The translations under genes and the position numbers were made by a program. 64,000 nucleotides of DNA from Amoebophrya sp. A120 (taxonomy: Eukaryota; Protista; Dinoflagellata). The notes beneath the pieces are model-generated. The model saw nothing but the letters and a program-made list of their open reading frames with translations, was not told where the DNA came from and did not search any database. Shown here in pieces: positions 1 through 10,420 of the stretch (the first letter of the stretch is position 1; each line of letters opens with the position of its first letter). Location: contig CAJINV010000019.1 of assembly GCA_905178155.1 (NCBI GenBank), forward strand, positions 254,475 to 318,474, written 5' to 3'.

Positions 1-149
1 GCGGGCTATACTCGCGCACCCTCTCGCCGACCCTCTCGAAAGGGGTCCCGCGCCACCTCTCCACCTCTGTCGACCTCTTTTTTACCTCTTTTGACCTCTT
101 TTTGACCTCTCGGCCACCTCTTGTTTACCCTCTGTCTACCTCTTTTTTC

Positions 150-280
150 GCATGAATATAATATATAAGTAATTGCATTACAAATTGACTTAGCATTACA
201 AAAATGCTGATCTACCTTGAGAAGGAGATTTGTAATGCATAAATGCAATTACTACGAGTGCGATACTTTTGCACAGGATA
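150..280. mobile_element. Introner A1 (family A), right arm only; left arm disrupted or outside the window
   Basis: Ends ACGAGTGCGATACTTTTGCACAGGATA, the family A TIR. Left boundary approximate. Confidence 0.7.
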
Positions 281-1023
281 CTGGCCCGCAGCAAACAGGA
301 TCGTGAAAAAAATCGTGCCGACAATGAACTTCCAGGGGTGGCGGGCGACTAGTTCGCCGAAGGATTGGAAGGAGGACTGTATGAAAGTGCACGAATTCCC
401 CTCGTCGCCCTCATTTGTAATCCAAAATCCCAAATGCAGTTGCTGCCTTGTGCCACAACTCTTTGAATGTTGACAATTTCTTGAAGCCCAAAGCCGAACA
501 GTAGTACTACAGTCGGCGCATGAACTTGTCATGCTCAGGCTCCACGTATGTTGCTGTTTGTAAGTATTTTTGCTGTTCATGCCATACAAATGAGGCAGAG
601 GGGGAACCTGTGTACTCCTCTCATAGACTGGAGCTTGCTGTCACACGCATCGTAGACCGCGACTTGTTATCAAATGTAAAAATGTCTGGGTCTGGAAGAA
701 TGCAACTTGTCCTGCTAAATCTGAAGCATGTAAAAATCTGTGTTGCATGATTACCAAAAGTGGTCCAGCTTTCACCAAGTCGGGAGGGAGTTTCTCATGC
801 AGGAAGGGCATGATAGAACTCTCGCAAAATCTGTCATGCTATCGCCTACATACAAGACCTCATGGGTGCTGGAAAACCTGCATGACAAGTCTCGCATTTT
901 TCCAGACCCAGACACTTTTGCAGTTGATACTTGTTTTTCCTTTTTCGATACTAGCTGTTGCGGGGCGGTGGCGTCCGCATCAGCAGGAGCGCCGGGCAAC
1001 TGCTCTTGTTCACTCATGGTCAT
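281..1023 (-). CDS. Patched/NPC1-related (SSD-family) membrane protein, 5' part; continues past the window start
   Basis: Exons ~1023-930, 662-626 and 374-281 join in frame after removing introners B1 and C1 plus one TSD each: MTMSEQEQ...KEKQVAVYDACDSKLQSSFQSFGELVARHPWKFIVGTIFFTILFAAGQ. The FG.LVARHPW.FI segment followed by a TM helix resembles TM1 of Patched-related/NPC1 proteins. Confidence 0.6.
380..625. mobile_element. Introner C1 (family C, TIR TATGANAGTGCAC..CCCCTC..CTCATTTGT)
   Basis: TAT...ATA, TSD GACTG, frame restored on removal. Confidence 0.9.
668..929. mobile_element. Introner B1 (family B, TIR TATCAAATG(C/T)AAAAATGTCTGGGTCTGGAA)
   Basis: TSD CTTGT, frame restored. Confidence 0.92.
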
Positions 1024-1949
1024 GATTTCTACTACTCTTCCTTTTGTGATTGACGTGAGAACTTGCCTATTATATCACGGGTCCTCGCGGTAACTTCTTT
1101 TTTTAATGAAGCTAGTATCAAGCATTTCCAATTCCAGCTGGAGTGTCTCGAAGACGCATTAACAGCCAAAATTTAACACGGTGTTCGCCATAATAATTGT
1201 TTTGTAAGAATCATAGGAAAGTCCCGTAGATCGTGTTAAATTAACAAAGGATTAAATGGCAACATGCTATTGGTCGGGAAGACGTTTTAAGCACAACTTA
1301 CTCAAAGCGCAGGAAGGAACTTGTTAAAATGGTAATGGAGAGGAGGCATCACGGGTTCTGGTCAATGTTGTTGCTATGATTTTGCTTTGTCTCCCAAGAA
1401 AAACACCACAAATGGTTGCACGACCTGAAGAGCATAACCCCGCGAAACAAATTGATACTGACCGATTCTTTGAGCACGCCTGTAGTTACTTGAAGACTAA
1501 GCTGAGCTCGTTGGCATGTTCGTAAAAGAAGAACCACTCGACTCGATATTGCACCTCGTCCCCTGGTGTTCCCCGAGCAATATTATTGAATGTTGAGCCA
1601 CCCTATCATTCCACCCCGAAATCATGTTGATAACTTCCCGAAGAAATAAACCGGACTTCTTGTTCCTCCTCATCAAACGGTGGAAAAGCCAGTTGTATGC
1701 GTACTAGCCCTAGAGTAACATTGCCGTCTGCTCGTGCGGTGTCTATTTTATTGAGCATCCGCTGCAGTATCAAAAGATAAAGAACGTGTTGCGCGCTAGG
1801 CACGACTGCACCAACCATGACTATTGACATGGACTACGCGCGCAGTGGATGACGAGCGTTCCAAGAAGGAAAGCTCGATGAAGTTCCAGATGCGCCCCAA
1901 CCAAATCTCGAAGTAGAGACCTGCGCTCAGGCTCACCTCCGTGTATCTG

Positions 1950-4900
1950 CAAAGGCATCAAGCCTTGCATGCAGCCAGTAGGATAAGGCTCTTTATCCAG
2001 CTGGCTAAATGCATTCACTTCGGTCGAGAACCTTGCTCCCAGCCAGCAGCGCAAGCCGTAACCTGCTGGCTAGCCATATCCTGCTGGCTAGATGCATTCT
2101 TGTGTATTCGCGAAGCCGAGCCCAAAACTTGCATCCCGTCCCCGTGTATTCGCGAAACCGAAACGCGCATCCAGCCAGGGGAATAAGGGTCATCCTGCTG
2201 GCTAGATGCAAGAACCCTCGGCGTTTTCAGACTAGAAACCTGCATCCAGCCAGCAGGGTAAGCGGGATCCCGCTGGCTACATGCATTCCCGTGTATTCGC
2301 GAGGCCAAAAGTTGCATCCAGCCAGGGAGATAAGCCTTATCCTGCTGGCTAGATGCAACCCCCAGCATTTTCACACTAACAACCTGCATCCAGCCAGCAG
2401 GGTGGGCCGCATCGTGCTCGCTAGATGCATTCCCGTGCATTCGCGAAGCCGAAACTTGCATCCAGCCAGGGGCATAGGGCTTACCCTGCTGGCTAGATGC
2501 ATTCCTGTGTATTCGCGAAGCCGAAACTTGCATCCAGCCAGGGGAATAAGGCTTATCCTGCTGGCTAGATGCAACCCTCAGCGTTTTCAAACTAGAAACC
2601 TGCATCCAGCCAGCAGGGTGACCCGGATCCCGCTGGCTACATGCATTCCCGTGCATTCGCGAAGCCAAAACTTGCATCCAGCCACGGAGATGAGCCTTAT
2701 CCTGCTGGCTAGATGCAACCCGCACCGCTGAATTTGTCGTAGCGGTCCGGCGTAACGACAAGCTCGAGGACTCCTGAATTTGTCGCAGCGGTCCGGCGCA
2801 ACGACAAGTTCGAGGGTTCGGGGACTCCTGAATTTGTCGCAGCGGTCCGGGGCAGCGACAAATTCGAGGGTCCGGGGACCCCTGAATTTGTCGCAGCGGT
2901 CCGGCGCAACGACAAACTCGAGGGTCCGAGGACCCTTGATTTTGTCGCAGCCGCGGTCCGGCGCAACCCTCAACAACCTCGCTCTAGAAGCCTGCATCTT
3001 TCCAGCCAACAGGATAGGCCGCAATCTGCTGGATAGATGCACTGCCATGCATTCGCGAATCCGGGACCTGCATCCAGCCAGGGGGATAGGGCTTATCCTG
3101 CTGGCTAGATGCATTCCCGTGTATTCGCGAAGCCGAAACTTGCATCCAGCCAGGGGAATAAGGCTCATCCTGCTGGCTAGATGCAACCCTCAGCACTTTC
3201 CTTCTTGAAACCTGTATCCATCCAACAGGGTAGGCCGCATCCTGCTGGCGAGATGCACTTCCGTGTATTCGCGAGGCCGAAACTTGCATCCAGCCAAGGG
3301 AATAAGGCTTATCCTGCTGGCTAGATGCAACCCTCCGCGTTTTCAAACGAGAAACCTGCATCCAGCCAGCAGGGTAAGCCGGATCCCGCTGGCTACATAC
3401 ATTCCCGTGTATTCGCGAGGCCAAAACTTGCATCCAGCCAGGGAGATAGGCCTTATCCTGCTGGCTAGATGCAACCCCAAGCATTTTCACGCTAGAAAGC
3501 TGCACCCAGCCAGCAGGATAAGCCGCATCCTGCTCGCCAAATGCATTCCCGCGCATGATTCGCAAAGCCGAAACTTGCATCCAGCCAGGGGGATAGGGCT
3601 TATCCTGCTGGCTAGATGCATTCCCGTGTATTCGTGAAGCCGAAACCTGCATCCAGCCAGGGGGATAAGGCTTATCCTGCTGGCTAGATGCAATCCTCAG
3701 CAATTTCCTTCTTGAAAGCTGCATCCACCCAGCCGGGTAGGCCGCATCCTGCTGGCTAGATGAACTCCCGGGCATTCGCGAAGCCGAAACTAACTTGCAT
3801 CCAGCCAGGGGAATAAGGCTTATCCTGCTGGCTAGATGCAACCCTCCGCGTTTTCAAACTAGAAACCAGCATCCAGCTAGCAGGGTAAGCCGGATCCCGC
3901 TGGCTACATACATTCCCGTGTATTCGCAAAGCCGAAACTTGCATCCAGCCAGGGGGATAAGGCTTATCCTGCTGGCTAGATGCATTCCCGTGTATTCGCA
4001 AAGCCGAAACTTGCATCCAGCCAGGGGGATAGGGCTTATCCTGCTGGCTAGATGCATTCCCGTGTATTCGTGAAGCCGAAACTTGCATCCAGCCAGGGGG
4101 ACCAGGCTAATCCTGCTGGCTAGATGCAATCCCCAGCAATTTCCTTCTTGAAAGCTGCATCCACCCAGCCGGGTAGCCCGCATCCTGCTGGCTAGATGCA
4201 CTCCCGGGCATTCGCGAAGCCGAAACTTGCATCCAGCCAGGGGAATAAGGCTTATCCTGCTGGCTAGATGCAACCCTCCGCGTTTTCAAACTAGAAACCT
4301 GCATCCAGCCAGCAGGGTAAGCCGGATCCCGCTGGCTACATACATTCCCGTGTAGTCGCAAAGCCGAAACTTGCATCCAGCCAGGGGGATAGGGCTTATC
4401 CTGCTGGCTAGATGCATTCCCGTGTATTCGCAAAGCCGAAACTTGCACCCAGCCAGGGGGATAAGGCTTATCCTGCTGGCTAGATGCATTCCCGTGTATT
4501 CGTGAAGCCGAAACTTGCATCCAGCCAGGGGGATAAGGCTAATCCTGCTGGCTAGATGCAATCCTCAGCAATTTCCTTCTTGAAAGCTGCATCCGCCCAG
4601 CCGGGTAGCCCGCATCCTGCTGGCTAGATGCACTCCCGGGCATTCGCGAAGCCGAAACTTGCATCCAGCCAGGGGAATAAGGCTTATCCTGCTGGCTAGA
4701 TGCAACCCTCCGCGTTTTCAAACTAGAAACCTGCATCCAGCCAGCAGGGTAAGCCGGATCCCGCTGGCTACATACAATCCCGTGTATTCGCAAAGCCGAA
4801 ACTTGCATCCAGCCAGGGGGATAAGGCTTATCCTGCTGGCTAGATGCATTCCCGTGTATTCGCAAAGCCGAAACGTGCATCCAGCCAGGGGGATAAGGCT

Positions 4901-6100
4901 TATCCTGCTGGCTAGATGCATTCCCGTGTATTCGTGAAGCCGAAACTTGCATCCAGCCAGGGGGATAAGGCTTATCCTGCTGGCTAGATGCATTCCCGTG
5001 TATTCGCAAAGCCGAAACTTGCATCCAGCCAGGGGGATAAGGCTTATCCTGCTGGCTAGATGCATTCCCGTGTATTCGTGAAGCCGAAACTTGCATCCAG
5101 CCAGGGGGATAAGGCTTATCCTGCTGGCTAGATGCATTCCCGTGTATTCGCAAAGCCGAAACTTGCATCCAGCCAGGGGGATAAGGCTTATCCTGCTGGC
5201 TAGATGCATTCCCGTGTATTCGTGAAGCCGAAACTTGCATCCAGCCAGGGGGATAAGGCTTATCCTGCTGGCTAGATGCAATCCTCAGCAATTTCCTTCT
5301 TGAAAGCTGCATCCACCCAGCCGGGTAGGCCGCATCCTGCTGGCTAGATGCACTCCCGGGCATTCGCGAAGCCGAAACTTGCATCCAGCCAGGGGAATAA
5401 GGCTTATCCTGCTGGCTAGATGCAACCCTCCGCGTTTTCAAACTAGAAACCTGCATCCAGCCAGCAGGGTAAGCCGGATCCCGCTGGCTACATACATTCC
5501 CGTGTAGTCGCAAAGCCGAAACTTGCATCCAGCCAGGGGGATAGGGCTTATCCTGCTGGCTAGATGCATTCCCGTGTATTCGCAAAGCCGAAACTTGCAC
5601 CCAGCCAGGGGGATAAGGCTTATCCTGCTGGCTAGATGCATTCCCGTGTATTCGTGAAGCCGAAACTTGCATCCAGCCAGGGGGATAAGGCTAATCCTGC
5701 TGGCTAGATGCAATCCTCAGCAATTTCCTTCTTGAAAGCTGCATCCACCCAGCCGGGTAGGCCGCATCTTGCTGACTAGATGCACTCCCGGGCATTCGTG
5801 ACGCCGAAATTTGCATCCGCACAGGAGGAAAAGCCTTGTCCTGCTCGCCAGATGCAGCTCGAGCCCTGCTGTTGGCTCTCGAAATAGAAACCTGCATCCT
5901 GTGCCTCCGACTGCGTGAAGCCGAAACTAGCATCCAGCCAGGAGGATAAAGCTTATCCCGCTGCAAGATGCAGCCCTTGGACAGGGCCTTCTCGGTCTAC
6001 AACAAAACTGCACACTGCCAGCAATTTAAAACCGTATCTCGCTGCCTGGTTGCACTCCAAGGCAGTGCCGAAATGCAAACCTGCAGCGAGCAGCAGGCCA
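1950..6100. repeat. 72-bp tandem satellite with an internal hairpin and higher-order structure
   Basis: Unit GCATCCAGCCAGGGGGATAAGGCTTATCCTGCTGGCTAGATGCATTCCCGTGTATTCGCAAAGCCGAAACTT, roughly 50-55 copies. Variant blocks recur at 432, 720 and 1152 bp. Ends degenerate. Confidence 0.95.
2722..2970. repeat. 54-bp tandem repeat (~4.5 copies) embedded in the 72-bp satellite
   Basis: Unit GAATTTGTCGCAGCGGTCCGGCGCAACGACAAGTTCGAGGGTTCGGGGACTCCT with a TTGTCG...CGACAA hairpin. Confidence 0.9.
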
Positions 6101-6912
6101 TGAAAGCCGTGGCGCGCTGACTAGAAAAAAGATACATTCCCGAGCGTTCTTTCGCGATACCGAAACAGAATACTCAGACGCCCTCCCTGCATTTTTCTAT
6201 CAAGTTGTAGAAGTGTCTGAGCTGACTATTTCACTCATAAAAATGCAGAGTTGGGGTTGCCGCCTCCCGGTCCCGCAAGTACAAGTACGCGAGATCCATA
6301 GTGAAATTAATAGAAAGAACATATACAGCGCGCATTGTCATCGCGAAACTCGACCAATATGTTATCTGTTATTGCTGTTCATCTCACAAATCTCCGCCTT
6401 CACCTTTCGTTTTCGTTCACTTCATGCATTGATTTGTGCAAAAGCAAGCCAGTGCCAGCGAGTATCCGACTCTACCTACTTCATCAAGGAATCAGTTGCG
6501 CTTTTTTTTATACATGAAGAAGTAGGTAGAGCGCCACAAAGGTCATGGAAGCGGTGTGCTTCCAGCATCAAGAGAAGCCACAATCGATTTCCCTTTCAAA
6601 GTGAGTGGGGAGGTTGCACACGGACGCCAAACAAGTTTTTTAATACAGAGAGAAACAATCAACTACGATGCGAATCAAGTTCAAGACACCACAGCGATGC
6701 TGCTAAAAGTCGGAATAGCTCCTCTTCGGCCCAGGGGAGCGGCTGGTATCTAACTTTAGCGAAAGTATGTAAGTGTAAATGTAGATACAGTGACTCAGTA
6801 GATCAAAAGTCAATGTGTAAGCCTAAGCGTTGTGAAAACAAATCAAAAAATGTACCTGTAAAACAAAAACGAGCTTGAGTAGAACACAATCAAGAGTTTT
6901 GAACAACTCCAC

Positions 6913-8809
6913 CTAGGGCCCCGACGATGCGTCAAGTCGCCTCATCTTCCTGCTCCCGCTTGCCGACTGGACACCCACTCTTTTCTGCATGTGCCCGGCA
7001 TTTGTGCTCGAACGCCGGCGTTTCAACGAGATCTTCACGGTGGCTGCAGTGGGCAAAAGCCCAAATCGGCACTGGGTGTTCTGCCTCGCTGCGAAGCTGC
7101 GGAAGGCTTCATCCGCATGAACGGGAGATGGCCCCGCAGAGGACGGCGGCCCCGACGAGCTAGCCGTCGACGTCGTGTTCGCACTGAGGTTTTGCTGTAC
7201 GATGGACTTGTCATCACTGCCGCGCTCTCCTTCAGAGTCGGAGGACCAGTCGTAGGTGAAGCCGGCTGTGTTGGCACGCAATCCGCCCGCCTGTTTTAGT
7301 CCGATGAACCCAAAGTGAGTTGTACTCTCTTTTGTTCAAAGTGGTCCGCTCTATCACTATAGCTTTCATCATATCAGGGATCGCGCAAAAAAGTACTTCG
7401 AGAGTTGAACAACTACACCATCGAAGAACAAGTTTTGTCGTATTCTTGTTCTCGACAAAAATGAATACGGCCGCATCAGCACTGCGCTCCCCGACCTGAA
7501 CAGGTGGCAGGTCCTCTTCGTCTGCTGCTTCTTGGATCTGAAGCGGGGCCTCGACATCGTTCATCATGACACTGTCCTCCCCCGCCTCGAAAGGGAGGTC
7601 TTGTTTGGGTTCTGCGTCCGGGATCTCAGGCGGGGCCTCGACATCATTCATCATGACACTATCCTCCCCCGCCTCGAAAGGGAGGTCTTGTTTGGGTTCT
7701 GCGTCCGGGATCTCAGGCGGGGCCTCGACATCATTCATCATGACACTATCCTCCCCCGCCTCGAAAGGGAGGTCTTGTTTGGGTTCTGCGTCCGGGATCT
7801 CAGGCGGGGCCTCGACATCATTCATCATGACACTATCCTCCCCCGCCTCGAAAGGGAGGTCTTGTTTGGGTTCTGCGTCCGGGATCTCAGGCGGGGCCTC
7901 GACATCATTCATCATGACACTATCCTCCCCCGCCTCGAAAGGGAGGTCTTGTTTGGGTTCTGCGTCCGGGATCTCAGGCGGGGCCTCGACATCATTCATC
8001 ATGACACTTTCCTCCCCCGCCTCGAAAGGGAGGTCTTGTTCGGCGGGTTCTGCGTCCGGGATCTGAAGCGGGGCTTGATGGATGTCCTCGTCACCGTTAG
8101 CTCGTCCTACAGCAGCACGCACATCCGCGGCATCGGGCCGAGCTGGCTGATCTTGCGGCTCGTGGCCGGCTGGAGCTGCTCCTCCACCTGCACGATGCTC
8201 GTGAAGTATGTCCATAACTTCTTTGTGTTTCTTTTTGCCCGCGGCGGTCTTGCCCCCAACCAGCACAAAGCCTCCTTCACCACCATTGCGACGACCATGC
8301 TCCTGAGGTAAGTTTTTTTTTAGAAAGAATTTGGAATATCAACATTTATAGATTGACATTGACGCATAGTAAGCATGTCGATCTCTGAGGGGCCGAAAGT
8401 AGAGGAAGATAAGTGCCCGCTGCCCACCGTGCTATGTCTTGTCGGTCGGCCACATGAGGTAACCTGAAGAACGTGCAAGCAAACATGGTCTAATTTAAAC
8501 TCGCCCGACCTCGCTCTTCCGGGAAAGCGAAAGGGCGCGGACACCAGTAGAATCACTGAATCGAAATGGTGACAAGAAGTAAAAAAGTACCTTTCTCGCT
8601 TTGTTAAATGCCGACTTCCGGCCTTGCAGTTGTTTGGCTCTTGAAATCGGGTGCGAGGTTTTTGGATTCCAGATCAGCATGTCCTTCGTGACACCGCCCC
8701 GTGTACTCTCGATTTCGCCATACCATACCCGAAGGTATTCTCTATACTTATTGGGCAGGTCGTTCCTTGGCTCCCTATCAGGAATCCGGTCTGGATTGCG
8801 TCGTGGCAT
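6913..8809 (-). CDS. DVNP: DVNP-like (dinoflagellate/viral nucleoprotein) protein with acidic 29-aa repeat extension, ~476 aa
   Basis: Exons 8809-8591, 8302-7469 and 7290-6913 joined by phase-0 GT-AG introns. N-terminus VWYGEIESTRGGVTKDMLIWNPKTSHPISRAKQLQGRKSAFNKARK|EHGRRNGGEGGFVLVGGKTAAGKK matches the DVNP pattern V(F/W).G....T.GGLTK..L..N....IVS.K...ARK.LG..GFV.VGGK.A.GK (recognised by eye). Confidence 0.7.
7535..8075 (-). repeat. 87-bp coding tandem repeat, ~6 copies (IPDAEPKQDLPFEAGEDSVMMNDVEAPPE)
   Basis: Near-identical 87-bp units, in frame within ORF 7232..8266. Confidence 0.95.
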
Positions 8810-10420
8810 GGTGTCACCAGAGGCGGCGATTACCTTACAGTCTTAACGTTCTGACGAGGTATTAACGCTTCGGCATGTGGACAACGACAACACGAGTATC
8901 GTACTATTAGATACTTTTTCAGGGAGACAATCGAGCAGCTTGCTACTACGTCGCAATATACACTTGGTGCTGACAGGCAAAGCTGAGAGTTAAGTCGGCA
9001 CGAAAAAACTCACTTCGTCTTGTTCGCATTGATTCGACTTGAATCTTTACAAAACAGAGAACCGTGCTCCAGATGGGTCAACCGATCTGTAGTAGTTTCA
9101 AATTGTAAACTTGTACTACGAATGTGCGCACACGTTGCCATCTGTTCCGACGCATTACGACAAAACAGCACGATCCCACTTCTGATCTGACGTGTTGAAT
9201 TACGATACGACAAAGCAACGATGAGATTTTGTTCCGTCCCCAAACGAAACCCATTCACTCCGTCTACAACTCATTCGGGTTAAGGAGGCGAAAGAAACAG
9301 AAAGTGCTGCTGCTGAGACAGAGCAAAAGATGAAGACTTGTACTTTGGTGGACCCGGAGGAATTAGTGTGCGACAGCGAAAGCGATCTGTTCATCAAACG
9401 GTGGAAAATAATGTGGACGCTACAAGCGACTCTGTTCTTCCTCAAGCTCTAGCGCGTTTCCTTGGGGTGGTTAGAATTCCCCCCGGGCAGGTAGGGCGTG
9501 CGGCCCGGCACGGTGGCGCCGGCGCTTGTGCCGCGAGAGAGCGTTCGGTCGCTCAGCCCTTGCGTAGTGCGGGACGGGCATCAGCTGGTCGCTGGGACGG
9601 ACGTCTTGTTGTGAAGTGAAGATCTCCTATTTGTCATCTTAATGATCTTTCTGGAACTGATACTAAAAATATGATCAGATGATCCAAAGAAATTCGCATC
9701 GAGATCAAGGCAGACGAGTCAGTCAGTAGCAACCGAGAACCAGCACTGCAACCGACTGCATCAAGCACAGCCATCGAAGAACGTACTTAACGACACCGAA
9801 GAAAAACAGGTCCTGAGACACCGCGCACGAGGTAGTTACATGAACACACTTCTGAGTGCACACACTGAGTACAGCCTCTCCTCCTGTGTCGGTTTCTTAA
9901 CCATCCTATTGTCTTTCTCTTTGTCAACCAAAATCCAGAATCTTGTTAGGCAGATGAAAAGGCCGTGAAGAATGTGTGTCGTACTAACTACATTGATTAC
10001 TCTTTGGTGATGCGCTGGGGTACAGCAGTCGTGTGCGAAAATGAATATGATCTGTGAGTATGGGGCTGACTAGAAGTATGATTTCGTTTGTGCGCAAAAG
10101 TAAGAGGACCATGCGTCGTTTAGTTCTGGGGTATTCATATGAAAATCAGGCATGCGTTGTTCCCAGTCTGCCTTTTGTACGAGATGAAAAATGACTAACT
10201 TTTTTTCAAAAAATCTTTGTCGCTTCATGTGAAAATTCTTTGAGTTAATTTTAGGGGTGGCTTGGTATTTAGTACTAACTACCTACATGAAGTATATAAA
10301 AAGAGCCATCTGCACCATGTTATCTTTTCCTGCTCGGTGATGATGTTTAGTGCGGCACCGTTTTTCTTGTTGAAATTCTGCATTATAATTTGTGTGCGTT
10401 TTATTGCTCACTTGGTCTTT

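Noticed and set aside
2005-5966. Long ORFs on both strands in the satellite
   Set aside because: A by-product of a 72-bp (3n) unit; open in several frames with no protein-like signal.
1950-6100. CRISPR array (palindromic repeat plus spacer look)
   Set aside because: The linkers are a few recurring variants, not unique spacers; no cas genes; eukaryotic context.
6213-6878. 221-aa plus-strand ORF
   Set aside because: GTG start, no recognisable motif, opposite to the cluster strand; likely spurious.
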